Positions 47,322 to 55,645 of a stretch of DNA of 64,000 bases are shown here, piece after piece. Under the pieces are notes generated by a model. It made no database searches and had not been told where the DNA came from. It saw nothing but the letters and a program-made list of their open reading frames with translations. Source of the DNA: Candidatus Latescibacterota bacterium (GTDB taxonomy: Bacteria > Latescibacterota > UBA2968 > UBA8231); NCBI GenBank assembly GCA_965203175.1, contig OZ241867.1, positions 6,464,001-6,528,000 of the forward strand, written 5' to 3'. Made by a program: the position numbers and the translations under genes. Numbering within the stretch: position 1 is the stretch's first letter; each line of letters starts with the position of its first letter.

Positions 47322-50138
47322 TCACTCGAACCCTAAAAATACCCGCATGAACAAGGAGGTGACGTCGAGGTCGTCTCCAGCGCGGGTGGGATCGTCAAAA
47401 ATCCGGCGAGTGAGGCGCAGGCCCACATTGGTCGAGAGCGCATAGCCGAAATAGTTCGAGTGATTGGTCAGTTGCACGACCCGCACGGCCTCGGTAAAAC
47501 TATTGCGGTTATCAGTGCGATCCTTTTTACTCAGCGGCAAAAAGGGCAGCCCCTGCATCCCACAGGAAAATTCAGTGCGCGGCGTCAGCCTATACTGAGC
47601 CTTGAGGATGGGGACCAACGTCCACTCGTCCTCCAGCGCAACCGGCAGACTGTCGCGGTTGCGGCGCAGGTACAGTCCCTTGCCCTGAAATACTACCAGC
47701 CAGTTGTCCGTAGCTTCCCAGTCGTACGCGGCGCGTGCTACCAAGGTCAGCAGGCGGATTTCGTCGGCACCCTGATCCGAACCATCGGACAGCACTGCGG
47801 CCTGCTGGAGATTGATGGCATAGCGCATATTGCCGTCCAAACGCAGTCCGGTCAGCGGCCACCACGCTCCTTCGAGGTAGTGCTGGCGGTCGATGCTGTC
47901 GCGCCATTCGAGCAGATCCCCCACCGTGGTGCGGTCGTACACTAGGGAACCAGGGCTGTGGTACGGGGCATCGGGAGCGGGTTCCGACAGGGTTTCTTCA
48001 AAGGTCTGGTACGGGTTGGCGAAGTCGTCGTGGACGCGCTGCAAGAAAATCTCGCCGGCGAAATAACCCTGCTGCCAATCGCGGCGCGACAGGGCAAGGC
48101 TGGCGTAGTCGATCTCGTTGCGCCGCTCGCTAAGAATGCCTTTGGCCTTGAGCCGCCCCACCCCGACAGACAAGCCGCCGGGCAGGCGCAGCCGGCCAAA
48201 GACGTGGCCGCCTCGCTGGTCCTGCTGGTAGGGTAGATCGGGTTCTAGGTCGTCCTCGCGCACATCGGCGATGCCGTTGTGGTTCCAGTCGCGGCCGTAG
48301 AAGTACGCGTCCGGTTCCACCGCAAAGAGCAAAAACGGCTCGACGTAATCGGGGAGGGCATTGCCATTGCGATTGGTATCGGGAATGCCGTCGTTGTCCT
48401 CGTCGTTGCCGGGAAAGACCCCGTCTGGGTCGTAGTCGGTCGCGCCGTGGTGGCCGCCCCGCGCTCCGGGACCTCGGTCGGGCCAACGATCGTCGTCGTC
48501 GTTGTCCTCGACAAAGCCGTCTGAGATCTCAGCCCCCGGCACCGCGGCTACGTGGTCGCCGATCAACTGGCGAGTAAAATTCGGCCCCACGGAGAACAAT
48601 TCGCCCCCCAATTCGAGATGGGAACTGGCCCACTCCGCAGTCAGATAGTACGAGGCATCCCGGGTGGTGCTGTGCGCTCCGTTCCACCGGCGCACGCCCT
48701 CAAATTCTCTCGGGAGGCGATGTCCGGGCCGGCCGTCTGGATAGCGCAAGTACTCAATGCTGCGGGCGAATTCTCCGCGGATGCGGGTGCGACCTCTTTC
48801 AAAATAGCCGTCAACGCCGACTACGGTGCGGCCGGTCCAAGCTCCGGCGTCGAGGCGAATCTGCGTTGCATTGGACAGGTCTTGGACATTGCCCGAGGCG
48901 CGGCGCAGCGATTCGAGGTTGGCCAACTGCCAGCGCGCCTGTTCCTGGGTGGCCCTAGGTTCGGCTTCGTACAAGCCGACCAGCTCCACCAGATAGTCGT
49001 TGCCTACCACGGCTTCCACTTCGACCTGCTCGACAACATACTCCTCGGTCAGATCGAAAAAGGCGAGAATGACATCGTAGCCATCGGCGCGCAATTCAGC
49101 GTCCGCCTCAATGGGCACAATAAAGTTCACCAGTTCGCCTAAGTTGACGTTGCGGGAGACGTCCTCGCCCTGCAAGTGGCGGCGCAGGTAGAAAAAATCG
49201 GCATAGCGCGTGCCTTGATCGGTGTACGGACGTCGCTGAAACTGGCCGGTGAGTCGATTGTTGAGGCCCACGGCCGTGGGATTGCGGGCGTCAATGCGCA
49301 CCAACTCGGGCGCAATATCCGGCCGGTACTCGCCGTTGATCAGCAGGCGCACCGCGGAAACAGCAGCGCCAGCGCGCTCGTCGCCGGGGGAATCGTCGGC
49401 AAAGCGCGCAATGATAAAACTGGGCAAAACTTGGTCTCCGCGCAGATCGCCTCGGAGGGAAAAATCGCCCTGCGCACTGTCGAAGAGATTGAAGTGGACG
49501 CCACTCGCTCCCAAGGTGAGCGCACCTAAGTGCAACTCGCCGCGTCCGCCCGTGAGCAGGGATGCGTTGCGCGCTTCTGATCGCGGGGTGCCGGCCACCC
49601 AGATGGGGTCGCGGAAGCGCGAGGCCAACAGCGAGAATTGGGTCGGCCCTTTGTCCACGTCGAGGCGGATCCCGTTGACGCCAGTCATATCGAGGGTCAG
49701 GGGCGTGAAAAAGGTGCGGATCTCGTCGCCGATGATCAGCCGGGCGGACCAGTCGTTGTAACTGTCGAAGCCGACGATATTGCGGTCGAGCAGCCCATAG
49801 CGCGCGTTCTGCTTGAAGAGCTCGCTGTTGGGCGCTTGGCCAATGGGGAAGTCGGCGCGCGTCTCCCGCCACGAAAACACATCGTACCCGTAGATCAGGT
49901 GATGGCCGAGCGGGCCGTAGTAATTGCGCCGGTCAAAGGGCGGTAGCAAGGTCTGATCCGGGATCTCGTAGTCCGTTTTCGCGCGATTGACATAGGGGCG
50001 GCCGGGCCGGTGGACGAAGAGGTGGGCCGGGAGAAAGGTCGGCACCCCAGGCCGGGGCTTGGACTCCTCGGCTTCGAGCCCCGGAACTGGGAGGGCCGAC
50101 AAGAAGAGCAAGCATCCTGTGCTAATTGCCGCTCTCAT
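47322..50138 (-). CDS. Large secreted acidic protein, putative OM beta-barrel family (paralog B)
   Basis: Signal peptide; family motifs in the same order (FTPLTLD, DDSP, GNDY, GNVQD, DNDDDD, FPGND, PDYVEPFL); ends LFMRVFLGFE. Confidence 0.78.
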   Translation of the reverse strand: MRAAISTGCLLFLSALPVPGLEAEESKPRPGVPTFLPAHLFVHRPGRPYVNRAKTDYEIPDQTLLPPFDRRNYYGPLGHHLIYGYDVFSWRETRADFPIGQAPNSELFKQNARYGLLDRNIVGFDSYNDWSARLIIGDEIRTFFTPLTLDMTGVNGIRLDVDKGPTQFSLLASRFRDPIWVAGTPRSEARNASLLTGGRGELHLGALTLGASGVHFNLFDSAQGDFSLRGDLRGDQVLPSFIIARFADDSPGDERAGAAVSAVRLLINGEYRPDIAPELVRIDARNPTAVGLNNRLTGQFQRRPYTDQGTRYADFFYLRRHLQGEDVSRNVNLGELVNFIVPIEADAELRADGYDVILAFFDLTEEYVVEQVEVEAVVGNDYLVELVGLYEAEPRATQEQARWQLANLESLRRASGNVQDLSNATQIRLDAGAWTGRTVVGVDGYFERGRTRIRGEFARSIEYLRYPDGRPGHRLPREFEGVRRWNGAHSTTRDASYYLTAEWASSHLELGGELFSVGPNFTRQLIGDHVAAVPGAEISDGFVEDNDDDDRWPDRGPGARGGHHGATDYDPDGVFPGNDEDNDGIPDTNRNGNALPDYVEPFLLFAVEPDAYFYGRDWNHNGIADVREDDLEPDLPYQQDQRGGHVFGRLRLPGGLSVGVGRLKAKGILSERRNEIDYASLALSRRDWQQGYFAGEIFLQRVHDDFANPYQTFEETLSEPAPDAPYHSPGSLVYDRTTVGDLLEWRDSIDRQHYLEGAWWPLTGLRLDGNMRYAINLQQAAVLSDGSDQGADEIRLLTLVARAAYDWEATDNWLVVFQGKGLYLRRNRDSLPVALEDEWTLVPILKAQYRLTPRTEFSCGMQGLPFLPLSKKDRTDNRNSFTEAVRVVQLTNHSNYFGYALSTNVGLRLTRRIFDDPTRAGDDLDVTSLFMRVFLGFE

Positions 50139-52816
50139 CCTTTGAACGGCTCCAATCCCATGACTAGGCGCATGAAAAACAAAACTTGGTCAATGTCTTC
50201 GATCTGGCGCGAGCGGTCGTCGAATTGCAGTTGTTTGCGTTGGTAACCCGTGCTCAGACTGAGGTGGTAGCCCTTGTAGGTCGTCCTATTGGTCACCATG
50301 ACCACATAGTCCTCGGCCCCATAGTTGACAGCACCGTTGACGCGATCGCGGTACCTGCTTTTGAGCCAGGGCAAGCCCTGGGCACCAGCGCTGAAGCGGG
50401 TCATGGGCGTCAGATTGTACGTCGCGGTCAGGATCGGATAGAAAAAGCGCTCTGAAATGGGCCGCACCCGATCGCTGCGATCGCGCCGCACAAAGCCCAT
50501 GTACTTAATGCGGGGTGTCACCGTCAAGCTACCCACATTCCAGTTATACGCCGCTCTCAACACCCAGGACCAAGCGCCGATTCGATTGGCGGGTTGTAGG
50601 GATGTGGGGCGCTGGAAATTGACGTCGTACTTGAGGCGCTGGTCGATGTTGAGGTTGTCGATGCGGAAGAAGGTGGCCTTGAGATAGGCGGTGTTGACCA
50701 AGCTATTGCGCATGGCCAACTCGTCCTCGACTAGCTCAAAATTAGCCACATTGGCGTCAAAAGTACCCCGCACCTCAAAGGGTAGGGCATTGGAGATGCG
50801 CGGCAAAAATTGCGGAGTGTCGTCCTCAATGTCGTCTTGCACCTGCTTGAACACATTGAAAAATTCCACGCGGCCGTACGGGAAAAGGGAGCGCTGATAG
50901 GCCGTCTTGAAATAGGAGACGCGGTTTTTCCCCGCTCCCCAGATCTGGCGCGTGCGGTAGCGTCCCACGGTAAATTCAAGTCCGGTGCGGGGACGTAGGC
51001 CGGCGAACAGGTGATGTCCCTGGGTATCCACATCGTAGGGATAATCGGGCTCAAAGTCGTCTTCCCGATGGTCGATGATGCCGTTGTTGTCGAAGTCGTC
51101 GCCGTAGTCGTATTCGGGAGGATCGACGTTATAGAGTACAAAGGGCTCGAGGTAGTCGGGAGCGGTGTTGCCGTTTTCGTTGGGATCGGGCTGGCCGTCC
51201 TGATCGAGGTCGAGGCCGGGGAAGATGCCGTCGTTATCGGCAAAATTCGGTATGAAGTGCATGTCGGGAAAGCGGTCGCGATCGTCGTTGTCATCTACCG
51301 TGGACAATTCGAGGGTGTTGTTGTAGCGCTCGTCAAAGCTGGGAAAGACGCTGAAGGGGCTGCGCAGATCCTCGGTGTACGTGCGGTAATTCCGGTCCTC
51401 GACGGAAATGCTAGTGCTGTACTGGGGCGCGATGCGGAAGACCTCAAAGCCTAAGCTGGCGCGGTGCCAATCCCGAGTAGTATTGACAAAAAAGGCGTCG
51501 GCCGTGCGACGCTGCCACTTGCCGTCTCCGGCGTGGGAGGGATACTGGCGAAATTCAAAGGTGCGGGCGAACTCCGTGCGCAGAGAAAAATCCCGGCGCT
51601 GCACTTCGAGGCGCAGGCTGGCATTGGTGCGGCCCGTGTGGCGGCCGTACTCAAAGTTCACCCAGCGCCGGTTGGAGCCATCGCGCACTTGGCCCTCGGC
51701 CGCGATCACCGGATAGAAAAAAGTGGCGCGTTCGCCAGTTATATCGACGTTGGTCGATGACTCGACCGCAGCCGGCAGAAAAACTTCGGCCATTTCAATG
51801 CGGTAGTCATTGGCCACCATCCCGCGAAAGCGCAAGCGCTCGACCTGCCCTCGCATCTCCTGGGGTATTTTGAACCAGTAGAGCAAAAACTCCGAGCCAT
51901 TGGCTTCGAGAAATTCCCCTTGCTCGGCCGGCTCCACAGCCAAGTCTCCCCGGAGAAACTCGATGTACGGCGGTATGGTCTTGCCCAGCGGAAAGAAGCG
52001 GTCGCGGTTGGGATAGGTTCTATCGATTTGCTCGCTATCGTGGCGGGTGACGAGTGGCTGGACGGTTCCGAGCGTCCCTTCGATGTGCAGGTCGTAGATC
52101 CGGGCTCCGCCGCCATCCTTAGGCGAACCATCGTCGAACTTGACCACTATGTAGGCCGGCGGCGTGTTCTTGCGCGGCACCACGCCCTTGATGCTGTTGT
52201 CGCCCCAAGAGGTCAAGCTGTTGGTGCGGTGCAAGTTGACATAGGAGAAGCTCACGTCCAGCACCCCGAACTTGCGCTGGACGTGGCCGCCGAGCAGGTA
52301 GGTAGCCCAATCCCGGGCTCCGTGCAATTCGAGATTATCCCCCGGAAAGATGGGCCAGTCGAGGCGCGACGTGACAAAGGAAAATTGGCTGCCATCGACA
52401 TCGGCGTCCCAGCGGGCGCCGTTGAGCGCAACTAGGTCGAGAGTGAGGGCGGTGAACTTGGTGCGGATGCGGTCGCCGACGATCAGCCGGCTGCTCCAAT
52501 TGCCATAGCTGTCTTGGGCCACCAGCAGGCGATTGAGGTACTGCTGGTAAAAGCGGCTTTTGTCGATAAAACTACCCGACTCGGGCGGATTGGTCCGCCC
52601 TTCCTCCAATTCAAAAACGCCGACCCCGTCGAGGACGAAGTTGCCCAAATCGTCGTACACATTGCGCGTGACTTGGCCAAATATCCCCGAGTTGTACGCG
52701 CGGTACCCCTGGCGGGCATAGCTTTCGTAGCGCTCCTCAGCATCGTAGAGCAGTTGCCCAAAGGCGGGCGCGGACCAAGCCAAGACGATGAGTACTAGGA
52801 CCATCACAGCACGCAC
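50135..52816 (-). CDS. Large secreted acidic protein, putative OM beta-barrel family (paralog C)
   Basis: Start uncertain (GTG 52816 or ATG 52804 give a clean signal peptide; frame is open to 52879); same motifs; ends FFMRLVMGLEPFKG. Confidence 0.75.
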   Translation of the reverse strand: MRAVMVLVLIVLAWSAPAFGQLLYDAEERYESYARQGYRAYNSGIFGQVTRNVYDDLGNFVLDGVGVFELEEGRTNPPESGSFIDKSRFYQQYLNRLLVAQDSYGNWSSRLIVGDRIRTKFTALTLDLVALNGARWDADVDGSQFSFVTSRLDWPIFPGDNLELHGARDWATYLLGGHVQRKFGVLDVSFSYVNLHRTNSLTSWGDNSIKGVVPRKNTPPAYIVVKFDDGSPKDGGGARIYDLHIEGTLGTVQPLVTRHDSEQIDRTYPNRDRFFPLGKTIPPYIEFLRGDLAVEPAEQGEFLEANGSEFLLYWFKIPQEMRGQVERLRFRGMVANDYRIEMAEVFLPAAVESSTNVDITGERATFFYPVIAAEGQVRDGSNRRWVNFEYGRHTGRTNASLRLEVQRRDFSLRTEFARTFEFRQYPSHAGDGKWQRRTADAFFVNTTRDWHRASLGFEVFRIAPQYSTSISVEDRNYRTYTEDLRSPFSVFPSFDERYNNTLELSTVDDNDDRDRFPDMHFIPNFADNDGIFPGLDLDQDGQPDPNENGNTAPDYLEPFVLYNVDPPEYDYGDDFDNNGIIDHREDDFEPDYPYDVDTQGHHLFAGLRPRTGLEFTVGRYRTRQIWGAGKNRVSYFKTAYQRSLFPYGRVEFFNVFKQVQDDIEDDTPQFLPRISNALPFEVRGTFDANVANFELVEDELAMRNSLVNTAYLKATFFRIDNLNIDQRLKYDVNFQRPTSLQPANRIGAWSWVLRAAYNWNVGSLTVTPRIKYMGFVRRDRSDRVRPISERFFYPILTATYNLTPMTRFSAGAQGLPWLKSRYRDRVNGAVNYGAEDYVVMVTNRTTYKGYHLSLSTGYQRKQLQFDDRSRQIEDIDQVLFFMRLVMGLEPFKG

Positions 52817-52838
52817 CTCTCGATAAAAATCAATCGCC

Positions 52839-52868
52839 CCATCTGCGTTCCATCTGCGTCCATCTGCG
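52839..52868. repeat. Three tandem copies of CCATCTGCG
   Basis: Copies at 52839, 52850 and 52860, between paralogs D and C. Confidence 0.7.
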
Positions 52869-52875
52869 GATAACA

Positions 52876-55563
52876 TCACAGCACGCGCGCCTGGACGAAA
52901 AATTCTTTGAAGTTGCGCACCCTGCGGCCGGGCGTGTGCACAAAGCGGGTGTGGCTGGCGCGGAAACCCAAATTGAGACTGAGATCGAAGCCCCGGTTGT
53001 GGCTGCGGTTCTCAATGGCAAAAAGGTAGTGGCGGGCCGTGAAATCTCCGGCCGGGTACTCCGGGTTGCGGAAGGTATGAGGCCAGCCCGGCAAGCCCTG
53101 AACGCCAAAGCGCAGCACCGTGGCTTGGCCCAGTGTGTAGTCCGCCTGCAGAATGGGAAAAAGTTCATACGTGCGGAGAGGCAACAGCAGATCCTCGGGA
53201 GCGGTGCGGCGCTGAAGCCTCAGTTTGGCGCTGGGGCGGATTTTTAGGCCCTGGCGCACAAAGGTGTAATCCGCCTTGCTGGTCCAAGTCCAGTCGATAA
53301 TATGGCGTCGCTGGTCTAGCGTCTCCAGCATGCGGTTGATTTCGAGCTTGGTGGTAGCTTTGACTTGCATCCCGGGTATAGGCGCGTATCCCGCGGTGCC
53401 GTACAGGGTGTGGAGCCAGCTATTTCGCGCCAGCAGTGGATCGGGTTTGATCTTGATCGCGGTATTGGTCGCGGTCAGCGGATCGACGACGTGCTGGTAC
53501 ACTGGATCGGCGATAGTATCGCGCACCCGCTTGCTCCGCATATTGAACTGTACATGCCCTCTCTGGTATTGCGCCTCCCCGTACGCGACTTGGTTGCGGC
53601 CGGCACCAGCGCGCTGTTCAATGCGGTACTGCCCGAGGCGGAATTGCCAGGATGAGCGGGGGTGGAGAAGGGCGAATGAATGATACCCACGGCTATCGAG
53701 CGGATAGGGATAGTCCGGCAGATTGTCGTTCTCGCGCCGGTCCACTACGCCGTTGTTGTTGAAATCGTCGCCGTACACAAAATCATCTGGTTCAACGGCG
53801 TACATGAGGAACGGCTCGGCGTAGTCGGGTATCTGGTTCTGGTTCACATTGATCGCCAAAACCCCATCTCCATCTTGGTCCAGCCCGGGAAAAACCCCGT
53901 ACCCAACGCCGTTGCCGAGGTTGCCGGGCAGGTAATCAATGGCGGCCTGAGTCGGCTGGCTCTCCGGGTCCACGCCAGCGGCATCCTTCAGACTGATGTA
54001 GAGTGGATCAAGCGGATCCCAGTGCTCCCAGCGGTCCTCCCAGTAGTCGCCGTCGTCGTTGTCGTCCACCAGCGCGTAGTCCAGAACCTTGTCGGCGCGT
54101 TCCGACCACATGGGCAAAGTAGTGGCGTACGCCGCCGGCAGGCCAAACATCTCAAGGCCGACTGCGAGGCTATCCATCTGGTGCAGCCCCTTGAGGAAAA
54201 AGGCCCGGCTGGCGCGGCGCTGATGCTGGCTGGCACCAGGGAAGCGGCGGTACCCAACGTTTTCGACCAACTCGCCCGCAAGGGTCGTCCCCTCCCATTC
54301 CCAAAGAAAGTCGCTGCCGTACTGGATTTGCGCAGTGGGAAAGCCGTATTCAAAACTCACCCAGCGCAAGTTGGACCCATCCCGGACATTGCGCGGCGCA
54401 CGCGCGACATTGTGCCAGTCAGTCCAGATGCGATTGGGCACGCCGGCCCAGCCGTAGGCCGCCGCCACGTCAATACTATAGTCGCCGGCCACTTGGGCGC
54501 GAAAGCTCAGGCGCTCGGCCGTAGCTGGAATTTCCCAGCGGTAGACCAGCAGGTCGGTGCCGCCCACTTCGAGGGGAAACTCCGCTGCTGCAACGGGCAG
54601 ACCCTGCTGAAAAAAGAGGCCGCGTTCCCTCCGTCGGTTGTTGAGCCGGGGATCGAAGACTCGGTCGCGCGGTACGCTCTGCGGGGCCCAGGGACCGTGG
54701 CGGCGCAGATGGGGGACGTGGTCCGGGTCGGCAAGGCGCGGGATGCGCCGAATATCCGGCTCGATTGGGAGCGGAGCACCATCGACAAAAATTTCCACGG
54801 CCAGCACTTGCACGCCGCTGTCATCCTCGGGAGAATCGTCGCTGAAAACCACGTAGTAGGCCGTAGTCTTAGCCAAATCCGTCGGAAAGGTGCCGCGCGT
54901 CGACCCCCGGCGCTGCATGCTATCGCGCAGATGCAGATTGACGTACGAACCACCGACGGTGAGCACATTGCCCAGACGGCTTTCCCAGCGGCCGCCGAAC
55001 AGATAGGTGGCAAACGGGAGATTGTTGGCACCGCCGACTAGCGGCGAAGAAACCCGAGCACCCAGTACGGTAAAGCGATTCTTGTACGAAGCCCCATCCC
55101 AGCGCAGCCCCTGCAGGCGCGCCTTGTCGAGAGTTAGCGGCGTGAAGCGGGCCTCGAGGGCGTCGCCGACCATGACCCGGGCCGACCAGTCGCGGTAGTG
55201 ATCGCGCATGATGACCAAGTTGCGAAAGGTGGCCGCAATATTGCCGCTGCGGAAAATTCGGCTGCTGCGCTGGGGTGCTAGCGTGCGGTATTCCTCCACG
55301 CGCAACAACTCCACCCCGTCGAGCAAATAGGCCCCAAAGGGGTCGTAGGTCGGGTTCTCGGGACGGGCCGTGTAGTCGCGGTAACTGAGCAGGCTGTAGT
55401 TTTCGTAGCGCTCGTGCCACCAAGGGTAGTACTCGCGGTTGAGGAAGCGGGACTGGGCCTGGCTCCAAGGCAGGTACTCGGTGGTGGTAAGTTGGCCTTC
55501 CGCCCGCTCCCAAGCGATGACGCAGAGCAACGCAGCCAGCCCAATGATCGGGAGGCCCTTCAT
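52876..55563 (-). CDS. Large secreted acidic protein, putative OM beta-barrel family (paralog D)
   Basis: Signal peptide ending AEG; YENY, FTPLTLD, DDSPED, NVRDGSN, VDDNDD, FPGLD, PDYAEPFL, PDYPY; ends FFVQARVL. Confidence 0.78.
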   Translation of the reverse strand: MKGLPIIGLAALLCVIAWERAEGQLTTTEYLPWSQAQSRFLNREYYPWWHERYENYSLLSYRDYTARPENPTYDPFGAYLLDGVELLRVEEYRTLAPQRSSRIFRSGNIAATFRNLVIMRDHYRDWSARVMVGDALEARFTPLTLDKARLQGLRWDGASYKNRFTVLGARVSSPLVGGANNLPFATYLFGGRWESRLGNVLTVGGSYVNLHLRDSMQRRGSTRGTFPTDLAKTTAYYVVFSDDSPEDDSGVQVLAVEIFVDGAPLPIEPDIRRIPRLADPDHVPHLRRHGPWAPQSVPRDRVFDPRLNNRRRERGLFFQQGLPVAAAEFPLEVGGTDLLVYRWEIPATAERLSFRAQVAGDYSIDVAAAYGWAGVPNRIWTDWHNVARAPRNVRDGSNLRWVSFEYGFPTAQIQYGSDFLWEWEGTTLAGELVENVGYRRFPGASQHQRRASRAFFLKGLHQMDSLAVGLEMFGLPAAYATTLPMWSERADKVLDYALVDDNDDGDYWEDRWEHWDPLDPLYISLKDAAGVDPESQPTQAAIDYLPGNLGNGVGYGVFPGLDQDGDGVLAINVNQNQIPDYAEPFLMYAVEPDDFVYGDDFNNNGVVDRRENDNLPDYPYPLDSRGYHSFALLHPRSSWQFRLGQYRIEQRAGAGRNQVAYGEAQYQRGHVQFNMRSKRVRDTIADPVYQHVVDPLTATNTAIKIKPDPLLARNSWLHTLYGTAGYAPIPGMQVKATTKLEINRMLETLDQRRHIIDWTWTSKADYTFVRQGLKIRPSAKLRLQRRTAPEDLLLPLRTYELFPILQADYTLGQATVLRFGVQGLPGWPHTFRNPEYPAGDFTARHYLFAIENRSHNRGFDLSLNLGFRASHTRFVHTPGRRVRNFKEFFVQARVL

Positions 55564-55594
55564 AATTCAGTATACCTATTTTAAATATTGCGCC

Positions 55595-55623
55595 GTAGGG
55601 GGCGGTTTGAAACCGCCCCCTAC
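55595..55623. repeat. GTAG-type REP-like palindrome
   Basis: GTAGGGGGCGGTTT-G-AAACCGCCCCCTAC perfect inverted repeat, intergenic. Confidence 0.8.
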
Positions 55624-55645
55624 CCGGGTGCGTAACATCAGTTAG

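Noticed and set aside
53680-55041. 453-aa plus-strand ORF (also 59644-60720, 1819-2691, 45141-45959, 27765-28580)
   Set aside because: Antisense shadows of well-supported minus-strand genes, expected from GC-rich codon bias.
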